Assembly: GCA_963674965.2 (NCBI GenBank)
Contig: CAXXFL010000007.1
Location: 608,001-672,000 of the forward strand
From: a bacterium
GTDB taxonomy: Bacteria; RBG-13-61-14; DATKZS01
DNA length: 64,000 bases
Direction of reading: 5' to 3'
The notes below the pieces were generated by a model. The model worked only from the letters and a program-made list of their open reading frames with translations, ran no database searches and was not told the DNA's origin. The translations under genes and the position numbers were made by a program. Shown one piece after another: positions 51,522 to 61,501 of this stretch (positions are counted from its first letter, which is position 1; every line of letters starts with the position of its first letter).

Positions 51522-51884
51522 TTAGGCGAGGGCTTTTTTGATTTTTTTTAATAGGGCGGTGGGCCCGTCGACCTTGCAGACGAAGCCGTCCACGCCCGAG
51601 CTTCGGACCAGTTCGTCCAGGTCCTGGGCGCTCTTGTTCGAGTAGAACAGTATCTTGGGCCGAGGGTGGACGGTGCGGGAGATGATCTCGGCCAGGGCGT
51701 CCCCCGAGAGGGCGGGCATCATCACGTCCAGGAGCACCAGGTGGGGGGCGAAGCTCCTGATGGTCGAGCTGGCGCCGATGGCCCTGGTCGTGATCATGAC
51801 CTCGTAGCCGGCCTTGGTCAGCACCTTTTGCGCCAGCGCGCAGGAGTTTTCGTCGTCGTCGAGCACGAATATTTTATGAGTCAT
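51522..51884 (-). CDS. Single-domain response regulator
   Basis: VLDDD, LLDVMMP. Confidence 0.9.
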   Translation of the reverse strand: MTHKIFVLDDDENSCALAQKVLTKAGYEVMITTRAIGASSTIRSFAPHLVLLDVMMPALSGDALAEIISRTVHPRPKILFYSNKSAQDLDELVRSSGVDGFVCKVDGPTALLKKIKKALA

Positions 51885-51951
51885 AAAGCTGTCCTTTCAG
51901 CGGCGCGGCCATGGGGCTTGGCGCTCCCCGGTTTTTTAGCGGACTTCGCGT

Positions 51952-52326
51952 TCAAGCCTCGGCCAGGGCTTTTTTCACGGCCTCCACCATGGCGATGGGT
52001 CCGTTGGTTTTGCAGTGGTATCCGGTGGCCCCGTTCTTTTCGGCCAGGGCCTTAAGCTCGGCCTCGCTCAGGTTGGAGAAGAAAACGATCTTGGGTTTTC
52101 GGAGCATGGACTTGTCGCCCTGGATGATGCTCGCCAGCGTGTCTCCGCCCAGTCCGGGCATCCTCACGTCCAGCATGACCAGGTCGGGCCTGACGTTCTT
52201 GATCGAGGACATGGCCCCGTTAGGCTCGCTTTGCACGTCCACGTCGTAGCCGGCCCTGGTGAGCACGGCCTTGACCAGCATGCACTCGTTAAAGTCGTCG
52301 TCCAGCACGAAAACTCTTTTCTTCAT
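51952..52326 (-). CDS. Single-domain response regulator
   Basis: MKKRVFVLDDD, MLDVRMP; ATG overlaps the upstream stop. Confidence 0.88.
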   Translation of the reverse strand: MKKRVFVLDDDFNECMLVKAVLTRAGYDVDVQSEPNGAMSSIKNVRPDLVMLDVRMPGLGGDTLASIIQGDKSMLRKPKIVFFSNLSEAELKALAEKNGATGYHCKTNGPIAMVEAVKKALAEA

Positions 52327-52712
52327 TGAGTCACGCTCCTGTCCTTGAGCAAAGAGTCGACCTGATACCAGAACTGCTTGGGTGAAAAGGGCTTGCCGAT
52401 CAAGATGTCGGCCCCCGCCGCGATCGACCTTTCGGCCTCCCGCCTCTTGTCCGAGGCGGTGATCATCACGATTACCATGTTGCTGTAGCGCGAGTCGTTG
52501 CGAAGGAGCTTGCAAAGACCCACGCCGTCCACCTCTCCCGGCAGCACCACGTCTATCACCGCCAGGTTGGGACTGTCCCGCTCGACCGCCCGGTAGCCGG
52601 AAACGGCGTCCGTCGCCTCCGCGGTCGAGATGCCCTTGGCGTCCAGAGTACGGGCCACGATGTCTCGGATAAGGGCGTTATCGTCGACCACCACCGCCTT
52701 GATGGCGCTCAT
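52323..52712 (-). CDS. Single-domain response regulator
   Basis: VVDD, IDVVLP, KPF. Confidence 0.9.
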   Translation of the reverse strand: MSAIKAVVVDDNALIRDIVARTLDAKGISTAEATDAVSGYRAVERDSPNLAVIDVVLPGEVDGVGLCKLLRNDSRYSNMVIVMITASDKRREAERSIAAGADILIGKPFSPKQFWYQVDSLLKDRSVTQ

Positions 52713-54241
52713 TTCATTGCCCTCCTTTCAGGAAGGGTGAAGGAAAAGACCGACCCGAGACCCCTGCCAGGACTCTCGAACCACATCCTGCCCCCGTGAC
52801 CTTCCTCGATGATCTGCTTGGCGATGGGCATACCGAGGCCCGCGCCTTTGCTGTGATTGCTTACGTCGCCCACTTGCTCGAACTTGTTGAATACCCGGGC
52901 CGCGTCCGCCGGGTCTATGCCCTCGCCCTCGTCGGCCACCGAAACCATTAAGCCGTCTTCAACCGGGACGGTCGAGACGGTGACCTTTTTGCCCGCATCG
53001 GTGAACTTGATCGCGTTGTGGATCACGTTGGCGATAACCTGCTGAATCCTGTCCGGGTCGAACTCGGCCTTGCCCAGGACCTGGGAAAGGGAAAGGTCCA
53101 GGATGACGTTCTTCTTCTCCGCGTCGGCGCGAAGACCGTCAGCCGCCGCCATGGCCACCCGGTTGATCGAGTCCGTCACGTACTGGTAGCTCATACGGCC
53201 GGCCTCCATCCTCGAGAGGTCCAGGATGTCGTTGACAAGCCGCGTGAGCCGCTGGCTCTCGTGGTAGATGATCTTGATGAACTTGCTCTTCTCCTCGGCC
53301 TCCATGTCCCACTCGCTCAGGAACTCGGCGTAGCCAAGGATGTTGGCCAGAGGCGCCCGAAGCTCGTGGCCCACCAGGCTTAAAAAGTCGTCCTTCATCC
53401 GGTCCAGCCGCCGAAGTTCATCGTAGGCCCGGGCCAACTCGTCGTTTCGTTTCTCCAGGTCCTTTAAAAGAGCGTTCTCCCGCTCGTCCCTCCCCACCAG
53501 GACCATGCCCATCAGGTCGCCGCCCTGTCCCCTGATTACCGACCCGGACATGGTCACGGGGACCTCCGTTCCCTTTTTGCCGATCCACGAGGTGGAAGCC
53601 CCGGCCAGCGCGCCCGAGCGAATGCTCTTGATGAACTTGATCATGGCCCTGGAGTAGCGCTCCGGGTCCTTCTCCAGGATCGCCGCCGCCGGCTTTCCCA
53701 CCAGCTCGTAGCGGCCGTAGCCGAGCATCTTCCTGCACGGCTCGTTGACGTAGGCTATGCGGGCCTCATTGCTCAGGATGACCACGGGATCGAGAAGGCT
53801 GTCCACGAAGCGGTGGATGATCTCGTGAAGCGACTCGATCTCTTCCCGGCTCGCTCGGGTTTCCTCCGCTCCGGCGGCGTCTTTCCAGGTCAAGGTGACT
53901 CCATTTACCCGTCCGTCCGCGTACCTGGGCTCTCCCAGGACCTCGACTTTCTTAACGCGCCCGTCCGAGGCGACGAGCCGGACCGAGCGCCGCTCGAGAA
54001 ACTTCCCGCATTGACACGCCTGATCGAGGTCGCCGATAAACGACTGGCGATCGTCCGGGTGGATAAAGCGGCCAAGGCGTATGTCGCCTTGCGCTCCGTC
54101 CATGCTGATAAGACTCCTGAACGCTCCCGTGGCCTCAACCACGAGCCCCGAGGAGTCCGTCGCGCAACGGCATATACTGGAGAGTTGGTTTCCCTTCTCC
54201 AAAAACTTATCTTCTCTTTCCGTTTTTCCACCTAGGGACAT
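52709..54241 (-). CDS. Cytoplasmic PAS-PAS histidine kinase
   Basis: IHPDDR PAS, GHELRAPL, NAIKFT, GAGLG. Confidence 0.92.
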   Translation of the reverse strand: MSLGGKTEREDKFLEKGNQLSSICRCATDSSGLVVEATGAFRSLISMDGAQGDIRLGRFIHPDDRQSFIGDLDQACQCGKFLERRSVRLVASDGRVKKVEVLGEPRYADGRVNGVTLTWKDAAGAEETRASREEIESLHEIIHRFVDSLLDPVVILSNEARIAYVNEPCRKMLGYGRYELVGKPAAAILEKDPERYSRAMIKFIKSIRSGALAGASTSWIGKKGTEVPVTMSGSVIRGQGGDLMGMVLVGRDERENALLKDLEKRNDELARAYDELRRLDRMKDDFLSLVGHELRAPLANILGYAEFLSEWDMEAEEKSKFIKIIYHESQRLTRLVNDILDLSRMEAGRMSYQYVTDSINRVAMAAADGLRADAEKKNVILDLSLSQVLGKAEFDPDRIQQVIANVIHNAIKFTDAGKKVTVSTVPVEDGLMVSVADEGEGIDPADAARVFNKFEQVGDVSNHSKGAGLGMPIAKQIIEEGHGGRMWFESPGRGLGSVFSFTLPERRAMK

Positions 54242-54522
54242 GATCGGTCTCTAGCGTCCGCAAACGCCCTGCAACATGGTTATTCTTACTGATAAAAAGC
54301 CTTTCGTCAAGTTAAATTTTATTATTTTGAACGACGGTTAAAATCGGGGGCGGACGGGACCCGCGCCTTGCTCCAATTTCTGAATAGTCGGCTGGGAATG
54401 AATGGTAGCGAGAAATGAAGGAGCGAATGCTCAACCGCCACGTCAGACGGGATAATTCGTTGGGAACGATGGACGTTCTCTTGATAATTTGTTTCTTTAT
54501 CTCGCGCTTCCAAACGGTCGGC

Positions 54523-54810
54523 TTACTCCAGGTGCATGCTCAGGTTTCCTATGATGTATTGCAGTTGTCCTACGCTGTCCTTGACTTCCTGGGTGGCGTC
54601 GAGGTTCTTGGAGGCGTCGTCGCTGACCTTCTTAAGCATTCTGGCGGTGTTCTCGCTGAGCGATACCTGCCGGGTGGTCATCGAGTCGATCTCGACGAGC
54701 TTGGGCAGCATGGCCGAGTTGAACCCGAGGATTTTCTCGAATATCCGGGTGATTTCCTGTATGGTCGTTTCACCTTCCCGGACGGTTTTTCCTCCGGCCT
54801 TCCGCCATGG
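54523..54810 (-). pseudogene. Possible methyl-accepting chemotaxis protein C-terminal remnant
   Basis: Open frame ..TVREGETTIQEITRIFEKI..EI..T.Q..SE..N..T.E.. resembles the MCP C-terminal helix; no start or signalling tip. Confidence 0.35.
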
Positions 54811-55172
54811 GGGAAAGCCGCGAGCCGCTTTTTCTTTATCTCGTCGCCGCTAAACTCGATTATTATCAGGGTGTCTCGCGTGACTCTGACGGCGAGCGCA
54901 ATCCTCTCTCGTGGGCCGAGAATTTCCGTTGAATTGGAAATCGCCATCGGATATAGTGGCCGATAAGGAAGAAGATATGACGGTCCCCGGGGTGGTCCGG
55001 CCGGTTTTGAAAAGACCGTCACGATAAAGCGAGGCTGGATAGGTACAAGGGTACATCGGTGGATGGAATAATAAAGGAGCTTTCGGCCAATGAATCAAAG
55101 CACCCATCCCGCAACGCGGGACCAGCGCGGTTTCAGAGAAACCGGACGGGCCATACGTTGAGGAGAATGCAA

Positions 55173-56144
55173 ATGGATTCGAGAAGATCGTTTATAAGGA
55201 AGGCTTCCTCCGGCGTCCTATTCTCCGGGGCGGTGGTGGCGCCGGTCCGCGGGGGAGCGAAGGAAGCGGGGCCAAGGGCCGTGATTTTGGATACGGATAT
55301 TGGAAACGATATCGACGACGTTTTATGCCTCGTCTATCTTCTCGCTAATCCGGGGTGCGACCTTATTGGCGTGACCACCTCTTACGGCCAGACCGCGCTT
55401 CGGGCCAGGCTCGTCTCGGCCATACTGCGGGCCGCAAGAAGAGATGACGTGCCCGTTCGCGCCGGGTCTTCCACGCGCCTTGACGGAGGAACGGAAAAGA
55501 GGGGCGTCCTTTACGACGAGCCCCTCGGGCGCTGGCCTCACCAGGAAAGCTTCGAGGAGGGCGCGGCGGCCGATTTCCTTTACCGGCGCCTTTGCGAGAG
55601 GCCGGGCGAGATAACGCTTATTTCGGTGGGACCCCTCACCAACGTGGCCCGACTTTTCCAGCGCTATCCCGATTCCGCGCGTATGCTCGGCCGCCTGGTC
55701 ATAATGAACGGCGCGTTCAAGGCCCCGGTTCCGGAATACAACGCCTCGGGCGACGCGCTGGCCACCGGGATCGTATACGACTCGACTCCCTTGACGGCGG
55801 TGGGCCTGGACGTGACCATCAAGACCCGCATGTCCTCGCGCGAGGTCCACGAGTGGTTCCTGGCCGGTCCGGATGACGGTCCCCTCCGGGCCGCGGCCGA
55901 TATGATCGCCGTCTGGCGCCGGGTCTCCCCCATTACCTTTTTCCACGACCCCCTGGCGGCGGCCGCGGCCCTCGACCCCTCCTTCTGCTCCTTCAAAAAG
56001 GTGAAGGTCGCCCCCACTAAAAACGGCGTCACCAAGGTGGATAAAAAGTCCGCCGTCAAGCCCCACGAAATAGCCACAGGGGTCGACAAAATAAGGTTCC
56101 TGAAACACTATCTCGACGTCGTGTCCGTCTTCAAGAATGGGTGA
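55173..56144 (+). CDS. Inosine-uridine-type nucleoside hydrolase with Tat signal
   Basis: SRRSFI Tat motif, DTDIGNDIDD, GPLTN, HDP. Confidence 0.9.
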   Translation: MDSRRSFIRKASSGVLFSGAVVAPVRGGAKEAGPRAVILDTDIGNDIDDVLCLVYLLANPGCDLIGVTTSYGQTALRARLVSAILRAARRDDVPVRAGSSTRLDGGTEKRGVLYDEPLGRWPHQESFEEGAAADFLYRRLCERPGEITLISVGPLTNVARLFQRYPDSARMLGRLVIMNGAFKAPVPEYNASGDALATGIVYDSTPLTAVGLDVTIKTRMSSREVHEWFLAGPDDGPLRAAADMIAVWRRVSPITFFHDPLAAAAALDPSFCSFKKVKVAPTKNGVTKVDKKSAVKPHEIATGVDKIRFLKHYLDVVSVFKNG

Positions 56145-56238
56145 GGGAAGGCGGAGAAAGACGAGGAAATTTTTATTTTGGTCCAGGCACATCGCGAAAC
56201 GCGCAAGCAACGCGAGTTATCCGTCAAGGAGGCAAGTC

Positions 56239-56838
56239 ATGAAAAACAATAGATTAATCATCATATTAACAATGTTGTCCATTGCCATAATAGGCCCAAG
56301 GCCGTCAGGCGGTGCGTATGAACCTGAACTTTTCACGAAAGAAGAAATGATAGACTCTATCTACAAGTTTCAACGGTTAATGAACCAGGAGACTTGCCCA
56401 ACAATGGAGGATAATTACAGCCTCTTTCCCGCGGCTGATAATGGTGGTACTGAAAACGCATGCCGTGATTTCTTAAAAGATATTCCTGTAAAAGAAAGCT
56501 GTGGTCCGATTATATCTCCACAAGCATCATGCTTATTTGCCTATTTACGATCTAAAAATGGACCTTTATTTCGAAGTACGAATGGAGATAAAATTAGCAT
56601 TTACATTGAAGCTGATTTCAAAGAAGTAACTGAAAATAAAACAATCAATATTGATGCATTGATAAAAACCAACGATGGCGTAATTTTACCGGCAATATTC
56701 AGCATGACTGGGGCAAAATGCGCTTCATCTGACTTTGGGCATATTCAAATATTAAATATTAAGGGAAACACTCTAGATGATTACATTGAAGCTGATTTTA
56801 TAAAATACAAAAAGCAATACACTACAAATAAGCCGTAA
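56239..56838 (+). CDS. AT-rich hypothetical exported protein
   Basis: GGAGG RBS, signal peptide. Confidence 0.6.
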   Translation: MKNNRLIIILTMLSIAIIGPRPSGGAYEPELFTKEEMIDSIYKFQRLMNQETCPTMEDNYSLFPAADNGGTENACRDFLKDIPVKESCGPIISPQASCLFAYLRSKNGPLFRSTNGDKISIYIEADFKEVTENKTINIDALIKTNDGVILPAIFSMTGAKCASSDFGHIQILNIKGNTLDDYIEADFIKYKKQYTTNKP

Positions 56839-56886
56839 ACGGGTACGATAGATACTACGTTATGCTACCTCGAAGGATGATGAAAT

Positions 56887-57378
56887 TTGATTGAGCAATT
56901 TAATCGAGCGGTCAGGGCATTAAATGGTATGGTATTTTCAGACGGAGGAGGGTCCGTTAATACTGGTTCCATGGTGACTTTGAATTTTGGAGAAAAGACT
57001 CCGGTCATATTTTGGCAAGGCCATCCTACAAGGGAATGTAACGGATACAAGTGGGATATTTGTCTATATCTCCAGTGTTGCGCGTGGAGATTATTTTCAG
57101 ATGAGGGAATAATTTGCAGTGATTATTCCGATATTGAGAAGATCAATGAAGGAATTAGAAGCGTCCGAAACTCGACGGTTATTTCGGTTAACGTTGACGA
57201 TAGGACCTTTGACTTGGATATAAGACTAAGCAATCACGCCACTTTGCAGGTTTTTTGCAATTCAGGCGACTTAGGCGGTGAATTTGATAATTACAGCTTA
57301 TTCTCGGGCGCGGATATTTTTACGGTAAAGCCGAATTGGATACTGGAACATAGCGTCAATCCACGGAGAATAAAGTGA
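56887..57378 (+). CDS. AT-rich hypothetical protein
   Basis: 163-aa ORF; start uncertain. Confidence 0.55.
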   Translation: MIEQFNRAVRALNGMVFSDGGGSVNTGSMVTLNFGEKTPVIFWQGHPTRECNGYKWDICLYLQCCAWRLFSDEGIICSDYSDIEKINEGIRSVRNSTVISVNVDDRTFDLDIRLSNHATLQVFCNSGDLGGEFDNYSLFSGADIFTVKPNWILEHSVNPRRIK

Positions 57379-57437
57379 TGGTATAAACGCGGCCCTTAAG
57401 GGTCCTGATTGTTATGCCATTACATTCACCGTAAGGC

Positions 57438-58946
57438 TCAATAATTCGTCAGGGTCTGCACTATCCCCAGGCCGCTGTAGCCGTTGGCCAGGTAAACCAG
57501 GCCGTCTTTTACCTGGACGCCCTGCGTGTAATCGCCCGTGTCCCAGACGCCGGCCAGGACCGGCCCGTAAGGGTTGGATACGTCGATGATCTGCAGACCG
57601 CCGTCGTTGCTGTCGCCCACGTAGGCGTGACTGCCGGAGAGCCACACTCCCATGGCGTTGCCGGGCGTATTGTATGCTCCATGCAAAGAGGGGGAGGAGG
57701 GATTGGCCACGTAAATAACCATGAGCCCGCCCGTGCCGTCGGCCACATAGGCGTAATTGCCGGACACGTAAACGGCATAGGCGCTGCCGGAGGTGTTGTA
57801 AGCCCCGGCATAGGAGGGTGAAGAGGGGGTGGACACGTTGAATATTATCAACCCGGATCCGGCGTCCGCCACGTAGGCGTAATTGCCCACGACCATGACG
57901 TCAAAGGAATTGCCGGACGTATTGTAGCCGGCCGCCAAGGTGGGCGCGGACGGCGTGGATACGTCGATGATTTTCAAGCCGTCGAAGAAGTCCGCCACGT
58001 AGGCGTAGGACCCCTCGACGAAAACGCCATAGGCCCTGCCGGCGGTGTCATAGGTCCCGACCAAAACGGGAGAGGAAGGATTGGACACGTCGATGATCTG
58101 GAGCCCATCCAAATAATCGGCCACGTAGGCGTAATTTCCGGAAACGTGCACGTCCCAGGCATAACCCGGCGTATTATATGTCCCTGCCAGCGTCGGCATG
58201 GAAGGGCTGGAGACGTCGACGATTATCAGGCCATAATCATAGTTGGCCAGATAGGCGTAGTCTCCGACCACGTGCAATCCATAGGCGTGGCCGCCGGTCA
58301 GGGAAGCCACGGGAGAGCATTCCCCGTTCATACAGTCGTTGTCCAGAAAATCTCCGCACACCTCGATCGCTCCGGGATAACAAGACGGGCAATCGTCGTT
58401 GCAGTCGTCATTGGGCGTATTGGAGCTGCTGGGCTTGTAATGGCCGTCGCCGTCCACGTCCAGTTCCCTTAAGGCGGCGGCGTCAACGCCAAGCGAGACG
58501 TCCGAAGTGGCGCAGTGCTCCGCCCTAACGGCGTATGGCGCGGTAGATATCCGGGAGCGGGGGATCATCTCAGGGTCGGCGTCAACCTGCACGCCCAGCC
58601 ATACCTCGGCGTGGTTCAGGAAAACCGCGGACAGGCCGCTCTCTATGCCCGCCGTAACCGTACCGGAGCCGATGAGTACATGGTAAAGTCCTCCGGCGAC
58701 CACGACGTCCTCCTGGAGTACCGTAAGATAGAGGGCCGTGTCGCCGGACTCTACCCCATAAAATTTGAACGTAATGTCAACCGTTGTCCCGTCCGCCAGG
58801 GGAGCGCCGTCGCCGTCCATAAGTCGGCCCTGATAATTTATCAACTCGGGAACCGATTGAGCCTCCCCCGTGATTGAAAAGGTAACCATGATAATGAATA
58901 GTACGGCCGCCACCCCTGTGTTGATCTTCATGACTTCTTTCTCCAT
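57438..58946 (-). CDS. Secreted LVIVD-repeat protein with N-terminal INYQGRL module
   Basis: About seven V.G.YAYVAD..GL.I.DVS.P..P repeats; DCND..YPGA.E.C.D..DNDC Cys-rich repeat. Confidence 0.88.
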   Translation of the reverse strand: MEKEVMKINTGVAAVLFIIMVTFSITGEAQSVPELINYQGRLMDGDGAPLADGTTVDITFKFYGVESGDTALYLTVLQEDVVVAGGLYHVLIGSGTVTAGIESGLSAVFLNHAEVWLGVQVDADPEMIPRSRISTAPYAVRAEHCATSDVSLGVDAAALRELDVDGDGHYKPSSSNTPNDDCNDDCPSCYPGAIEVCGDFLDNDCMNGECSPVASLTGGHAYGLHVVGDYAYLANYDYGLIIVDVSSPSMPTLAGTYNTPGYAWDVHVSGNYAYVADYLDGLQIIDVSNPSSPVLVGTYDTAGRAYGVFVEGSYAYVADFFDGLKIIDVSTPSAPTLAAGYNTSGNSFDVMVVGNYAYVADAGSGLIIFNVSTPSSPSYAGAYNTSGSAYAVYVSGNYAYVADGTGGLMVIYVANPSSPSLHGAYNTPGNAMGVWLSGSHAYVGDSNDGGLQIIDVSNPYGPVLAGVWDTGDYTQGVQVKDGLVYLANGYSGLGIVQTLTNY

Positions 58947-59581
58947 TAAGGTTTAGACTGTTGTTATTAGGAACCACCCGTGGCTTGAACTTTATGCTAA
59001 CAGTTCTTCCATTGCAAAGTCAAGATTGTGCATTGATGAAATTGATAAAGGCCTGAAAATATTACTATCTGGAAATGGGCCAGTATAAAAACGGGCGAAG
59101 TACTGCCGCTTCCGGCATGACCGGGCACTGGGGCGCCAAGCCCAGGCAATGGCGATGGCATTTTTATAAAATACATGCCGCCAGCCGCTTTCATAGATGG
59201 GTTGCTTGCTCATTTTTCATATTTCAAGAATCGCCTGGATCAATTGGAAGGAACGGGACTAACTGAATGGAAAAAATGTCCATCGCGTTTTTGCCTTCAA
59301 TAGTGCGTGGGCGGCGAGGCAGCCGGATGATCGCCTCTGGCCTCAATTTAATTAGCGGTCATCTTTCAAGTGGAGAAGCAATATAATAATCCGCGCGGTC
59401 TTGAGCGGAGCCATGCTCAGCCGCGGCTGCGCCGGTTACCCGTTGGCCCGCGGGATAATTAAAGCCATGCCGGTTCGCTTTGCTCGCCAAAACGAGTGGG
59501 GTACCGGCAAATAACGCCGAAGGCCGCGCCATTGACAATGCACTTTTGAGTATTACCTTATTATAAAATGAGGAGGGAATA

Positions 59582-60232
59582 ATGAGTAAAGTCAGACTTG
59601 GCGTTCTATTTGGCGCCCTGGCCGTCGTTGTGGGAGGAAGCGCCCTGGCGTCCGAGGAAGTAAGCTACAAAGTAATTAAAAAATACAGGGACTTCGAGCT
59701 CAGAAAATACGATTCCTACCTCGTGGCCGAGACCGAGGTGAAAACGGACTTCGACTCCGCGGCCAACAAGGCATTCGGTCTGCTGGTTGGCTATATCGGG
59801 GGCGAGAACGTGAAAAAAGAGGAGATCTCCATGACCAGCCCGGTCAACCAGCAATCCTCCGGCAAGGAGGGCGAAAAGATCGCCATGACCAGTCCGGTCA
59901 CGCAAATACCGGGATCGGAAAGCGATGGCGAAAAATCCTACATAGTGAGTTTCGTCATGCCGGCCAAGTACAACATAAAGAACATACCCGACCCCGTGGA
60001 CCCCCGGGTCAAAATCAGGGAGGTCCCCTCCAAGCTCATGGCGGCCAGGACCTACTCGGGAACGTGGTCCAGGACCAACTATCTTGAAAACGAAAAAGCC
60101 CTGCTTGACGCCCTGGAAGAGGCGGGCCTGAAAACCGTTGGTCTCCCAATATACGCCCGCTACGACCCGCCCTGGACCCTCTGGTTCAACAGGCGCAACG
60201 AGGTGATCATCGAGGTCGAGGCCCCCAAATAA
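59582..60232 (+). CDS. SOUL heme-binding protein
   Basis: AF..L..YI.G.N, IAMTSPV, FVMP, YDPPWT..RRNE. Confidence 0.92.
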   Translation: MSKVRLGVLFGALAVVVGGSALASEEVSYKVIKKYRDFELRKYDSYLVAETEVKTDFDSAANKAFGLLVGYIGGENVKKEEISMTSPVNQQSSGKEGEKIAMTSPVTQIPGSESDGEKSYIVSFVMPAKYNIKNIPDPVDPRVKIREVPSKLMAARTYSGTWSRTNYLENEKALLDALEEAGLKTVGLPIYARYDPPWTLWFNRRNEVIIEVEAPK

Positions 60233-60723
60233 CCGGGTGACTCTCGCGCCCCGGCGCGGCCAATCCCTCAATAATAATTCGGTGGGAGTCTTATCCGGAC
60301 ATGGGAGCCGGTTTTCCTCATGAAGGATGTCGCTAAAGGTTTTTTCCAAAACCGCCGGCTTCCCGCGTCGAGGTACGGATACAATTGATGAGTGGAGGGA
60401 GGCACGGAGCGGGGGCGCTTTTTCCCATGAGGCTCCATACTCAAGATTCATTGGAGTGCCACCTCAATTACTTTTCCGGCATTATCCAATCAAATAGAAT
60501 CCGGGCGAAAGTATTGGCAGGTGATGGCCCATGCATTTAATAAAAATGAATGGATGGCGTAGCCGCGGATTGAGTATATTATTCGAAGGCAGGCGCGTAA
60601 TAATTTTAAGCCCCTCCATTGGTCGAGACTTTTTCATTGCGATCAACGATGGAGGCGTTCAGCCCGCAGCTTCGCCGCCTATGCAGTATTGAGGACAATA
60701 TTGTATAGGCCACCCCGCGATTG

Positions 60724-60966
60724 TCAAGCTAAAAGCCCGGCCACGGAGACGTCCTCGTCAATCTCCTCCCAGTGAATCCCGACGCCCTTTCCGATGAGTC
60801 TCCATGATTCCCGTTGTTGGGGCGTGGCGTCACGAAGGCGGGGGAACCATTCGAGAGGGGCGGAAATCTCGCGGCCGTCCGAGAGGAAAAGCCGGATGGA
60901 ATACTCCGTGAACTCGACCCTTAAGGCGAGAGGCTCTTTGCATATTTTATTCGTCGAAGTACTCAT
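60724..60966 (-). CDS. DUF2442 family protein (putative TA component)
   Basis: LSDGR.IS.PL.WFPRL..AT, GIHW..IDEDVSV. Confidence 0.88.
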   Translation of the reverse strand: MSTSTNKICKEPLALRVEFTEYSIRLFLSDGREISAPLEWFPRLRDATPQQRESWRLIGKGVGIHWEEIDEDVSVAGLLA

Positions 60967-61186
60967 GCCATTTTTCAAGGATAAAATCCTCGCGTTCCTC
61001 CACCAGCTTTCTTATGTCATTTATTTCATGCGGTCCGAATCCAATGGATTTATTTAAAAATACCGGACTAAGCCAAAACTTGGCATAACAATCTCCCGAC
61101 TCGACGTGTACATGAGGAGGCTCAATTCCCTCATTGCTGAAGAAAAAGAATCGATACCCTCTAATTCTTTAAACCGTCGGGGACAT
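60947..61186 (-). pseudogene. DUF4160 family gene with in-frame TAA at codon 6
   Basis: MSPTV*RIRGYRFFFFSNEGIEPPHVHV..AKFWL..KWHEYF; overlaps the DUF2442 start. Confidence 0.8.
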
Positions 61187-61501
61187 CTTTGTATTGATTA
61201 TGGTCGCGCGGGATAAGATTGTCAAGGCCTTTCGCTTGGAAAGCGGGACGCTGGGCGACCGAATCAATAGGGTTCTCGATATTCTGACTGCGTCCATTAT
61301 TTTCCATTAACTTGGAAATTCCAGTACACCGTCTGGACGTTCGCGAACGCTCCTCGAATATATCCATCCGCGTGTATCCAGTCAAATGTGATTCCAAAAA
61401 AATGGGGCGTTTTAGATCGTGAGTCTTTCCCGCGGCGCGGCCTCTTTAAAAAAAGAGAGCGGCCGTTTGGGCCGCTCTCCGGTAAGCGATGATATAAGGG
61501 G

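Noticed and set aside
56839-57437. Integron cassettes (GTTATGC after two AT-rich ORFs)
   Set aside because: No matching RYYYAAC boxes or attC palindromes, and no integrase in the window.
58992-59560. Short ORFs and GC hairpins between the LVIVD and SOUL genes
   Set aside because: No motif, repeat or riboswitch consensus that I can support.
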